From assembly GCF_018977255.1 (NCBI RefSeq), contig NW_024704742.1, positions 9,302,001 to 9,366,000 of the forward strand: 64,000 nt of DNA, given 5' to 3'. Of the stretch, positions 51,600 through 63,230 are shown piece after piece. The DNA is from Callorhinchus milii (Eukaryota). Both the position numbers and the translations under genes were made by a program. Below the pieces are notes generated by a model. That model was not told the origin of the DNA. It did no database searches and saw only the letters and a program-made list of their open reading frames with translations. The stretch's first letter is position 1; each line of letters begins with the position of its first letter.

Positions 51600-52873
51600 T
51601 ATCATGTCTTCGAGACGTCTCAAAGTGCTTCACAGGCTACTGTAAAGTGTAGTGACTGTGTGTTTTGTGGGTGAAACATGGCAGTCAATGGCGCACAGCA
51701 GTGTCCCACAACCAGTCGTGGATTGATTGACCAAATTATTATCATTATTATTTGAAATGCAAGTTGTTGTTGTTGCTGTGTGTGATAATGTCACCAGTGA
51801 TCAATATCGCATCACACATTGCATTTTCCAGCTCATTGTTTCCAAACCTGACAAAGTGAATGTCCTCTTCCAGCCCTGCAGTGAATCGCTCAGCCTTACA
51901 GCAGAAGGTACTGTAGCTCTTGTTCGTTTGACATCAGGAGTGGAAGAATTTGTTGACCGATTTGGTAAATTAGGCATTAATCTGTAAATTAATTCAGTCG
52001 ACACTGATGTTGACAAACGACATAGGACAATCAGTCACCAAGCAGTTGTGTTCTGTTTGTGGCGGATATAAGTCACTGAGTGTCTGGCTGCGTATGTGCA
52101 GGATGTTTGAGAATCAGACTCTTTTAGTTACAATTTATCACATGTGTTTGACAGATGTCGATAAGCTTTCGATTGCATTATATGAGCTGTAATATTGAAT
52201 TGACAAGTTTACCAATGGGATTTGATTTAGCTGACAAAGTCACTGGCATTATTGACTTGCTATAACTGGGGGTAAGTGTAATTAGGGCATAATTTGTCTG
52301 TTGGGTATGTGATGGATGCTCATTGAACATCATGTCTGAGCAAACTAATGAACTTTAAAACCAGTCCTTGCAATTGATATTGTGCCTTTCATGTCAGAAA
52401 GATTTCTCAGAGCATTTCATAAGATTCACTGTAAACTGTAGTGACTAAATGATAAATATTATTAATAATAATCCTTGCATTTAATATTGCGCCTTATCAT
52501 GTACTCGAGATGTCTCAAAGCGCATCACAGAATATACTGTAAAGTGAATTGACTTTATATTTTGTGGGTGAAACCCAGCAGCCAATTGTGCACAGCAGTG
52601 TCCCATAAGCAGTCGTAGACTGAAGTGACCAATTTATTATTTTTTTAAGGAATTATCAAGGATATTTTGTAGACAATGAGGCAACACTGCAATGTTCCGC
52701 AAACAACCATGAAGTGAATGAGTCAATTTTGTTTAGGGGATTGTTAGCCACGCTTCTGGGCAAAACTCTCATCTCATTCAAAAGAGAGCATCTCTGACAA
52801 CACAGCACACAGTTTCATCCTATAAAGTCCTAATGTGGGCCTTGAACTCACAACCCTCTAACTGTGAGGCAAG

Positions 52874-52905
<32 letters not shown>

Positions 52906-53005
52906 CCTTGCGTTTGATATGGAGCCTTATCACGTCTTTGAGACGTCTCAAAGCACTTCACAGAATATACTGTAAAGTGAATTGACTATTTATTTTGTGG
53001 GTAAA
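52874..53005 (-). mobile_element. SINE 3' fragment with expanded (AAT)n
   Basis: About ten AAT units followed by the family tail. Confidence 0.85.
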
Positions 53006-53370
53006 ATGATTGCTATGAATTGAGGCAGGCAGCCACGTGGGTTTTTATATTTTAAAAAGCATAATGGATCTGGATTCCTTCACTAATTATGTTCTTGGGG
53101 AAGCAGAGGTTCAGAAAGTGAAGGTCATATTTCTAGAGCCAGCCTCTGAAATATCACATTGTGGCTGTTGCCTGGGAGGCAAACATAAAGTAGATTTTTA
53201 ATACAATAACTTAGTCTATTTTTTAAAAAAAAACCACACATTGTGATTTGTATAGATTTATATAGAAATATTCAAGGATTACATACTCGGTGGAGTCTCA
53301 TCCTTCAGCATTCCTTAAAAGTACTAAGTTCTTTGGACTCTGAAACACTCTTCCTCAATTGCTCCACCTT

Positions 53371-53693
53371 ATAATAATAATAATCCTTGCATTTGATATA
53401 GTGCTTTTCCCATCTTCTAGACGTCTCAAAGCGCTTCACAAAATATACTGTAAAGTGAATTGACTGTATATTTGTGGGCGAAACACAACAGCAAATTGCA
53501 CACAGCAGTGTCCCACAAACAGTCATGGATTGAAAATGACCAATTTATTATTGTTTTGTATTTTGGAGGGATTATTTATTATTAGGTGTGTGGTGTAAAG
53601 AAACTTACTCCATAAGGTTCTGCCCTGCCTGGAATTGAACCCAGATGTCTCGCTTGCAAGGCGAGTGCTCTAACCACTGAGCTACAGTACTCC
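53371..53693 (-). mobile_element. Young SINE, short subfamily
   Basis: Diagnostic short-form junction. Confidence 0.9.
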
Positions 53694-53699
53694 ACACAT

Positions 53700-53869
53700 T
53701 GCCCCATCTTCCCCATCTTCAGGTTGGGCCTGAAGATCTTCTTATTTGACCTGTGCCTATGGTCACCTCCCCCCTCCCCCCGGCTCAGTATCGTGCTCCG
53801 CCACATTCAAGCGCTCTGGGACGCTACCCTGCGTGAGAGGACAGTGTAAATTCAAGTTGTTGTTGTTGT
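53700..53869 (+). mobile_element. L2 3' end (second tail variant)
   Basis: AAGCGCTCTGGGACGCTACCCTGCGTG and (TTG)n. Confidence 0.78.
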
Positions 53870-54031
53870 TCTTTGCTCTGTTGGTGCTATTCAAAAATAT
53901 TGCCACTGGGCATCCGTGTATTGAGTTACAGACCTTATACACTGACCTGTTCGATTTCCAAGAAGTCCACAAATATTTGAATAAATCTATAAAGATCCAG
54001 TAGGAACAAATCTATAATAACTGTGTAGTGA

Positions 54032-54335
54032 TTTTTATTCTTTGGTCAGGTGGGTGTCTGTCATATGCAGAAACCCATCACCATGTTTAATTTAGAGTTT
54101 CCAAACTAAGGTGAGATTTCCATGCATCCCACCTACACATAGAAATCCCAGAGATAGATTGTTGGAATGGAATGCACACTCTCTCTTCCTGTAAGCATGA
54201 ATCCTGCTTACCTAATTCCGGAAAGCTTTAGGCGCAGATTGACAGGAGCCAAGGCTTGGGGACCCCAAAGTGTGGGTTGGGGGAACTGCTGGAGTCGAAC
54301 CAGCTAATAAAACAATATAGCTTGCTATCAATATA
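54032..54335 (-). mobile_element. Unclassified structured interspersed element, copy E (about 300-bp form)
   Basis: Aligns with the proximal half of copy B and ends at the same point as copy A. Confidence 0.85.
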
Positions 54336-54494
54336 CTGATTTGTGAAATGTAAAGTTTGTTCATTGAAAACAGCAACATTTATGCGCTTTCCCAGGTAAG
54401 CAGAATTACATTGACTAGTGGATGCAGATACATATGAAGGGTTTTACAGTGATATCATTATGGTATTATTAATAATTTGCAGTACACTGTCTTT

Positions 54495-55042
54495 TTGGGG
54501 TCACTAATAGCACTCTCACTGTTGTGTCAGAAGATATGATTCAGGTTACACATAAGAATTGAGCTCAAAATCCATGTTGACACTGCAGTTCAGTGCAGAA
54601 TTAATGCTGTTTTGTTGGAGTTGCCATTTTTTGGATGAGACAACAAACCGAGGTCCTGTCTGCCTGCTCAGGTGGACAATAAAGCTCCAATGGCATTATT
54701 TAAAAAGAGAAGGGAGTTTCTCCTGGTGTCTTGGCCAACAATCCCCCAAATAAAATGTATCATTCACTTCATGACTGTTTGTGGGAACATTGCTGTGTGC
54801 AAATTGGCTGCCTCATTCACCCACAAAACACACAGTTACTCCACGTTACAGTATATCCTGTATCTGTCATTTCGCCCACAAAATGTACAGTCAATTCATT
54901 TTACGGTATATTCTGTGAAGTGCTTTGAGCGTCTTGAAGATGTGATAAGGTGCTACATCAAATGCAAGGATTATTATTAAGTGCTTTGATTCATCCTCCT
55001 GACGTGAAAGGTGGGGTACCAAATGTAACGATTATTATTATT
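54495..55042 (+). mobile_element. Deu-domain SINE with a nested young-SINE 3' fragment (about 54865-54978)
   Basis: GGATGAGACAACAAACCGAGGTCCTGTCTGCCTGCTCAGGTGGAC; tail present twice. Confidence 0.8.
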
Positions 55043-55249
55043 CTATCAAATACAAGGATTGATGATCATGAGAAACAGTGAAAGGATCGGTGCTGGTCTT
55101 AACCTCCATGTCATTGAGGAACATGCCAGACAGAGGATGTGAACTGTCTAGGAAATCAGTAAGCACTGCGCTACTTCTCACAGCAGCTTTTTAAAGGGCA
55201 ATGAGCTGTCAGCGCATGATGACAGCTCGAACTATTCCAGCAACTCACT

Positions 55250-55276
55250 CTTTCTCCCTCTCTCTCTCTCTCTCTC
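55250..55276. repeat. (TC)n microsatellite
   Basis: Tandem TC. Confidence 0.85.
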
Positions 55277-55504
55277 ATGGGGATGAGTAAATAGTGCAGC
55301 TAATTCAAACTGTAGATAGTTACAAAATACACGAGGTATCTGACATTTAGATGTGGAGCATCCAAAAAGCAAGGGCAAGGAAAAATACTGATCTAGTCAG
55401 TGAGGACAGAACAGTATCGTTTTCAACATGTTTAGACTAATTTTCCAAGAGAAACACAGGGTGAATGGTCTCTGACTGGAGATCTGGCTGTTGCACTCAA
55501 TATT

Positions 55505-55810
55505 GAGAATGTAGTTTAGTGGTTAGAGCATTCGCCTCGCAAGCGGGAGGACCTGGGTTCGATTCCCAGGCAGGACGAAATGTTGGACAAGTTTCCATAC
55601 TCTACATGTCTCTGTTTACGCAGCAGTAAGTAGGAACCTGGTTGTTAATCGATTGGCAGAGTGCTTTTCCGGAGGTAATAATTCCTTCAAAAAATAAAAT
55701 GTAGTCAATAAATCCATGACTGTTTGTAGGACACTGCTGTGCACAATTGGCTGCCATGTTTCGCTCACAAAATATACAGTCAATTCACTTTACAGTCTAT
55801 TCTGTGAATA
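55505..55810 (+). mobile_element. Young tRNA-Ala-derived SINE, tail stem-loop missing
   Basis: GGTTCGATTCC B-box and family body. Confidence 0.88.
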
Positions 55811-56230
55811 ATAATAATAAATTAATAGTACTAATTAATTAATAATAAACTTTGCTTGTTTCATGCATGGGATCAGAAGGGGGTTCTAAGCACATTGCTG
55901 CCACTCAGGCAGCACTGCACTTGGTAAACATTAAAGCCAACAAAGTGAGCCACTGACAATCAAGCCACCTTATAATAATATACAATAATAATCCTTGCAT
56001 TTGATATAGCGCCATATCATGTATTCAAGATGTCTCAAAGCGCTTCACAGTGAATTGATTGTATATTTTGTGGGGGAAAAATGCCCCTTTGAGTGTCTGA
56101 GAATTGTGAAGAGTCACAGAGATTTCCATCACAGCATCCACCAGCTATCTGATAATCTTCCACAGGGCACTGTCACATCACATTTATCTTATAACATGAA
56201 GAATTAAGAATGCAGTGTACAAAAGGTTCA

Positions 56231-56260
56231 GGGGTGGGGGTGGGGGGGGTGGGGGGGGGG
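56231..56260 (+). repeat. G-tract, potential G-quadruplex
   Basis: Four runs of four or more G separated by single T. Confidence 0.7.
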
Positions 56261-57044
56261 TGCAGTGTTGCCTTTCCTGCCGAGTTTTGCAACTTGCATT
56301 GCAAAGATTATTATTTGCATTGCAAGGATTATATATTACTTACATTTATGCCTAAGCAAAGAAATACATTTCCAAAAGATAGGTGAAAACATTTGAAACC
56401 AAGCCTTACAAGGACTTGGATACAAATGTGTAACACCACATATCAGATGTTTAAAAAAAAACAATTTGAGTTTGAGGCTGAGGGCAGCTCTCCCATGACA
56501 GCAGAAGATCAATTTTGAATCCAATTTCTGTGAGGATGAAACTGATGTTCTGATGTTCTGCTTGAGGAGATTCCGAAGCTGAAAGCAAAGGTGTGGGTAG
56601 CGGGGAATATCCTCAGTCAAAGAAAACTGAACAATTCCTCTCTCAGTGCAGTGAGCAGGTGCAATAATAATAATCTTTGCAGTTGATATAACTCCTTATT
56701 ACGTCTTTGAGACATCTCAAAGCACGTCCAGAGAACTGGGTTAGTGAGGGACTGATACACATGTAAGTGTGAAATTCACGCACTAGCGAGATGAGTTATT
56801 CTGGTTTGAGCTTTTATTGTTTTTGATTTTTAAATTCCTGTATTTTGATTTTTTTCTAATAGTTTCCATACTGGTTCTCTCCAATTCCCTCCATCTTCCC
56901 AAAAGAAAAGAGAAGGTCCGGGTTTGTTTGATTTTTTTGAAATCTTATTGTTGTGACTTTCTTATATGTTACAAAATGATTTTCCTTTTCATTGGTTGTT
57001 AATTAAATGATTAAGGGCACCTGAAATCTCTTGTTAAGTTTACA

Positions 57045-57660
57045 AGTGGAATATAGTACACATGGTTTACACATGGAAAATAACACACATGGTTTACACA
57101 TTGGAACATTGGAACACACTATTTACACATGTAGCATAACACACGTGGTTTACACATGGATCATAATACATGTGGTTTATACATGGAACATAGCACAAAC
57201 TATTTACACATGCAGCATAATACACATTGCTTATACATGGAGAATAACACACATGGTTTACAATTGGAATACAACATGCACTATTTACAAATGTAGCATA
57301 ACACATGTGCTTTATGAATGGATCATAACACACATGGTTTACACATGGATCATAACACACGTGATTTACACATGGATCATAACACACGTGGTTTACACAT
57401 GGTGCATAACACACGTGGTTTACACATGGAGCAAAACACACGTGGTTTACACGTGGAGCATAACACACGTGGTTTACACGTGGAGCATAACACAAGTGGT
57501 TTACACATGGATCATAACACACGTGGTTTACACATGGATCATAACACACGTGGTTTAGACGTGGATCATAACACACATGGTTTACACGTGGAGATAAAAT
57601 ACGATATACGGATTGAACACAGCACATGTGGTTTAAGCATGCAGCATGATGCACGTGGGT
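57045..57660. repeat. 27-bp minisatellite, consensus ATGGATCATAACACACGTGGTTTACAC, about 22 units
   Basis: 9-residue periodicity in three ORFs; homogeneous core at 57318-57590, degenerate edges. Confidence 0.95.
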
Positions 57661-58207
57661 ATAAAATTGCAATAGCTGGAAATGCACGATATTTGAAACA
57701 GAAAGACAGCTTAAAATATTGGGTGTGAACCTTAATCATCCCCCACAGAACTTTATTGTTAGTTTAACCAATAATAAGGCCCACTTTCCAAATGGTTGGA
57801 TGGGTAATGTCAGTGCTTTTTTTCTTTGTACTTCACTGGTGAGTTTAAAGGTAATTTCATTGCAACAACTGTGTGAATCATTGGAGCTTTAAGGTGCTGA
57901 GCATTATGTCTGCAGTTTAACCTTTTAAAAAGACAAGTTAATTAGAAGAGTATCATAGTGTACAGAGGTAAATTGCAACCTATTCATGGCTTTGATCTTA
58001 AATAAAGCCACGCATTATTGATCACGGCTCTCATAGCATATTAAACTTACTCACCAGATCTCCAGGAAGATGAGAAGTTTTCCCAATAATCAAGGATACA
58101 ATTAGAGACATTTGTCTTGGAGAAACCTTTTCAGACAAGGTAGCAGCAAGTCATTGTCATACAACATTATCACCAGGAGCACCTCAGAGGAGCAAGGGAA
58201 ATACTAT

Positions 58208-58568
58208 TTATTATAATAATCCTTGTATTTGATATAGCGCCTTATCATGTCTTTGAGAAGTCTCAAAATGCTTCACAGCATATAATGTAAAGTGAATTGA
58301 CTGTATATTTTGTGGGCGAAACGCGGCAGCCAATTCCGCACAGCAGTGTCCCACAAACAGTCATGGATTGAGTGACCAATTTTTTGTTTTTTTTTGAAGG
58401 AATTATTAACCCCGGAAAAGCGACTAACAACTGGGTTCCTACTTACTGCTAGGTAAACAGAGGTGTGTTGAGTAAGGAAACTTGCCCAACATTTCTCCCT
58501 GCATGGAAATCAAACCCAGGTCTCTCTCTTGCGAGGCAAATGCTCTAACCACCGAGCTACATGACTCC
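58208..58568 (-). mobile_element. Young tRNA-Ala-derived SINE, full length
   Basis: Family match. Confidence 0.92.
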
Positions 58569-58587
58569 ACAAGTCCTATATAGTGAA

Positions 58588-58745
58588 GAATCCCATAGTG
58601 TAGTGGTTAGCGTGCTCAATGCACAAGCAAGAGGACCTGGGTTTGATTCCCGGGCAGGGCGAAACCTTAAGCAAATTTCCTTAATCCACACGCCTCTATC
58701 TAGTAGTAAGTAGGAACCTAGTTATTAATTTGCTTTCTGGTGGTA
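58588..58745 (+). mobile_element. Young SINE 5' half, head-to-head with the previous copy
   Basis: TAGTGTAGTGG A-box, GGTTTGATTCC B-box. Confidence 0.85.
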
Positions 58746-58756
58746 ATGCTTTGTGA

Positions 58757-59292
58757 TTCAGCCTGGTGCAGTGGTAGCGCTCTCGTCTTTGAGTCAGAAG
58801 GCTGTGATTTCAAGGCCCCACAATAGTCTAAGCTAACATTTCAATGCAGTGCTGGGAGTGTGTTGCATTATCGGAAGTGCCGTACTTCAGATGAGACGTT
58901 AAACCGAGATCCCATCTGCCTGCTCAGGTGGATGTCCCTTGCCAGTCTCCTGGCTGAAAATCCCCCAAATAAAATTGTTCACTTACTCCATATCTGCTTG
59001 AGGGACACTGCTGTGTGTAACTGCTGTGCGCAATTTGGTTGCCGCATTTCGCCCACAAATATATAAGCAATTCACTTTACAGTATATTTTGTGAAGCGCT
59101 TTGAGACGTCTAGAAGACGTGAAAAGCACTGTATCAAATGCAGGATTATTATTATTATCATTAACTGGCTGCCTCGTTTCGCCCGCAAAAATATTCACAG
59201 GCAATCCATTTTACAATATATCCTGTGAAGCACTTTGAGACGTCTCAACAATGTGATAAGGCGCTATATCAAATGCAAGGATTCTTCTTCTT
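58757..59292 (+). mobile_element. Deu-domain SINE with a nested young-SINE 3' fragment (about 59021-59160)
   Basis: GTGCCGTACTTCAGATGAGACGTTAAACCGAG Deu core; tail present twice. Confidence 0.82.
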
Positions 59293-60953
59293 CCTCTAAC
59301 AGTTTCCCAGATTCTCACTCTAATCAAAAGTGACCTTGCAGAATAGCAACTCAGAATACTGAACTTTACATTAACCCTTTGACTGGTGCAAATCTGCGGT
59401 TAAGATTAACAGACACTTCTGGGCTGTTTTAATCTACTATTCTCTCAGTACAGTTGATTTTATTTTCTGGTTGAAACCGAGGAATTTACTAAAACGACTA
59501 TTGATAATGAATATATAGAATATCATATTTTATTGCCCCATGCGAAGCAAGAAATTACAAATATCAAAGAAAATAATCGGCTGCAATTAATTTCTGCATG
59601 TTTCCTAATGGGCGATTGAGTTATGGAAAGAGCAAGTTGATCTGCAAATATCATATAATTGCCTAAGTCGTACATCTGCCCAAGTCCCGTTGAATTTCTT
59701 ATTATATATACGTTTCACACAACTCATACTTTTCATAAGTCATATTAAATATACCAACTGAAATGAGTTTTACTCTATTATAATAATAGTAATAATACTT
59801 GCATTTGAAGTAGTGCCTTATCACATCTTCGAGACATCTCAAAGTGCTTCACAGGATATACTGTAAAGTGGAGTGATTGTATATTTTGTGGGCCTTAAAA
59901 GTAATTATATTTACTGAAGTTGCCTGCGACTATGGGGTAATATCTCCATTCAGCTTTAAACTCATCACCTTTGCTGGTGTTGGCCTTTAATGGGATTTCT
60001 ATTTGTTTAACATTGAATAGAACCTTTACCTATATGAGGCTTTGCACCAGCTGATGTCAGGTCCGATTGAGAGAATAGTTTGTAATGTACATTTTTTGCT
60101 TTTGATTTTTTTCTCTAAGACTTTTTTTCCAGCCAGAGGATGAAACACTCGCTAAGCAGAAGCATCACTTCCCTTCAGATTGTGATTGCTTTGACTTTGC
60201 TATCGCTGAATGGCAGCCAATCATTCTTCATGCAGTATTTCTCCTTCCTCTTTATCGTGTCACGGAATCATAAGAAAAAAGGGCTATAGGCTAGTCCATC
60301 ACCATCAGCTTATGTTCCCAACAGTCACTGGATCATTTCGCAAATGGTATGAGATCACTGAAAATTGGCAACTTTTCCTCAAACAATACAAACAATGCAT
60401 TGGCCAAGATGATTAATTGATATTCTTGCACAGTGTATCTATAAGAAGCTGCCAAACTGAATGAACGTGTCAGCTCTGTCCACATCTGCTGTAAGCCTCA
60501 ATCCAGATAATCAGGAACATTGACCTCAATCAGAATTTCAATTGTTGAATATGCCCATATATACATTATATATATATACCAGAAGTGAGCTTTCAAGGAT
60601 TATCAAATGCAAGGATTATCATTATTATTATTTATTATTATTATTTATTATTATTATAGCACTAGTATCTTACTTAACACAACCTCATTGTGCATTTATA
60701 TTGCACACCTCACGCAGGCCAGTGTCCCAGAGCGCTTGATGAGATGCTTGAACTTGATGAATTGCTTGATGGGAAAAAAAACACACACCTCTGGGCCAGA
60801 AAATAACTTTGAGGAACAGAGAGAACATCAGAGACATTAAGGGTCAGGGGTTCATTGAGTGGATCTCAAGGATCGGATTGCAGTCAGAGCTCAATCTTAC
60901 GCTACAAGTGAGGTCTGTTTATGTCTTAGCACCTTCCTATCTCTGTGATCTTC

Positions 60954-61306
60954 GAGTCCTTTAGCTCAGTGGTTAGAGCACTCGTCTCGCAAGTGAGAGA
61001 CCTGGGTCTGATTCCCGGGCAGGGCGAAAAGTTGGGCAAGTTTCCTTACTCCACACGCCTTGGTTTACCGAGCAGTAAGTAGGAACCCAGTTGTTAGTCG
61101 ATTGGCGGATCACTTTTCTAGGGATAATGATCCTTCAAAAAAACAATAATCACTCAATCCATGACTATTTGTTGGTCACTGCTGTGTGCAATTGGCTGCC
61201 ACGTTTCTCCATAAACTATAGTCAATTCACTTTATAGTATATTCTGTGAAGCGCTTTGATACGTCTCAAAGATGTGATAAGTGCTATATTAAATGCAAGG
61301 ATTATT
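60954..61306 (+). mobile_element. Young tRNA-Ala-derived SINE, full length
   Basis: Family match. Confidence 0.93.
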
Positions 61307-62232
61307 CCAGAATCCCACCCTCGAATCCAGGACAACTGACAACCTGACAGTCTGATATCAAATCCTGGATGAGAGCCAACTTTCTACAGCTGAATGTTAG
61401 CAAGACCGAAGCCCTACTGATTGGCTTGCTCCAGCTCCACAGCGCCTCAGGCACTGGCAGCATCAGCATCCATTGTTGCACACTCCATCTCACCAAGTAA
61501 GTTAGGAATCTGGGGGTCTTGTTTGACCCTCAACTGTCCTTTTCCCCCTATATCCATGCCATGACCCAGGTTGCCTTCCCTCACCTCCGCAACATTGGCC
61601 GACTATGCCCCTCAGGCCACCGAAACCCTCATACATGCCTTCATCACCACAAGGCTTGACTACGGAAACTCCCTCCTTGTTGTCCTCCCCAACTCTTCCC
61701 TCCACAAGCTGCAGATCATCCAGAACTCTGCAGCTCATGTTCTCTCCCGCACAAGGCTCTGTGACCCCATTACCCCTACCCTTGCCCAGCTTCGCTGGCT
61801 CCCCATTCCCTCAGAGGATGGAATTCAAAATCCTCATCCTCACTTTCAAGGAACTCCATGGCCTTGCCCTCTCCTACATCTCTGACCTGCTGACTCCCTA
61901 TCATCCTGCCTGCTGCCTTCGCTCAGCAGGCTCTAGCCTGATCCAGGTCTCCCGCTCGACTCGCCCTACCATTGGCAGCCAGGCTTTCACCCTCTCTGCC
62001 CCCACCCTTTGGAACTCCATCCCACAATCCCTTCACCTTTCTCCCTCTCTTAACTCCTTCAAGACATGACTCAAGTCCCTCCTTTTTGACCTTGCCTTCA
62101 GTCGCCCTCCTACCCCATCTCCCCCCCCTCATTCCCCCCATGCTCGGGACCTAATCCCTGACTGTTCAGCACCTTGGGACGTCCTCCCGACATGAAAAGC
62201 GCTTTACAAATGTAATTTGTCATTGTTGTATT
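61307..62232 (+). mobile_element. L2 LINE, 5'-truncated, frameshifted
   Basis: SDIKSWMRANFLQLN..ETLIHAFITTRLDYGNSLL..3' stem-loop tail. Confidence 0.93.
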
Positions 62233-62519
62233 ATTATTATTATAAGGTGCTATATCAAATTCAATGATTATTATTATTATCTTTGCCCACCCCACTTTTC
62301 TGCTCACCCCAACTTGATGCAAACCTAAGGGACAAGGGGATTAATAGGGCATATAAGAGGGAGGAAGGTGGGAGTTTGTGTGGTGTGTAAACATCAAGAT
62401 GGACGAGTTAGGCTAAATGGCCTCTTTCTGTGCTGTATCACTCTGTGTAAATTCCTCACTAACTGTCGATTTACACCTTCACTGTTTCATGCAGATCTCA
62501 GGTATAATACACCTTGTAC

Positions 62520-63230
62520 ACCAGTCAGAATGCACCTTGAATATTATATACAGTTCTAGTCACTGTGACATAAGGGGGCTGCCCAGGACAACAACAAAAA
62601 CAACAACGAAATTATATTTATAGAGCGCCTTTCACGTCAGGAGGACGTCCAAAGCGCTGGAAGGATCTAGATGTTGTGCAGAGGAGAGCAATGAGGATAA
62701 AGCCCCGAATGTCTCGGGAGCTAAACTGTGGGGTCAAACCAGTGGAGGTAAGGATCAACAGTTTTAGAGGAATGAACTGTGAACAACAATTAGACAAGCT
62801 CGGGCTCTTCAATCGTAAAACAAGACAACTCAGACAGGATCTCATAGAGATGTACAAAATAGGAATTGTAAGAATAAACCTACATCAATACTTTAGAATG
62901 CATCAAGGCAATACAAAATTACATTTATATAGCACCTTTCACATCTGGAGGACGACCCAAGGCACTGAGCAGTCGGGATTTAGATTGTCGAACAAGAGGA
63001 TGTAGGTTTAGATTTATCAAGGACAATTTCAGGACAGAGACCTGGAAGTTCTTCTGTATGCTGAAGGTAACCAATGAGTGGAACAGATAGCCAGAAAAGA
63101 CACTGGGTTCATTAAAAAAGCAGCTTGACGCAGTGGTAGGGTGGACAGTAGGTTGGGTGTTCTGAAAGGATGAGATCAGATGGGCCGAAGGGCCTTCTTC
63201 ATCCAGACCAATCTTCTTGTGATCTTGTGA
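62520..63230 (+). mobile_element. Old CR1 3' region with two short minus-strand L2 tails inserted (about 62590-62658 and 62908-62980)
   Basis: LEYYIQF, VQRRAMRI, LDKLGLF..LRQDLIEMYKI; GATGGGCCGAAGGGCCTTC..CTTGTGATCTTGTGA end. Confidence 0.82.

Noticed and set aside
57031..57728. Three long overlapping ORFs (175, 197, 136 aa) and a superficially CRISPR-like periodicity
   Set aside because: Products of a 27-bp tandem repeat; no unique spacers, no cas genes, eukaryotic context
566..61306. Strand bias of head-bearing young SINEs (about 17 minus vs 9 plus) as evidence of host-gene direction
   Set aside because: Too few copies; the split is compatible with chance
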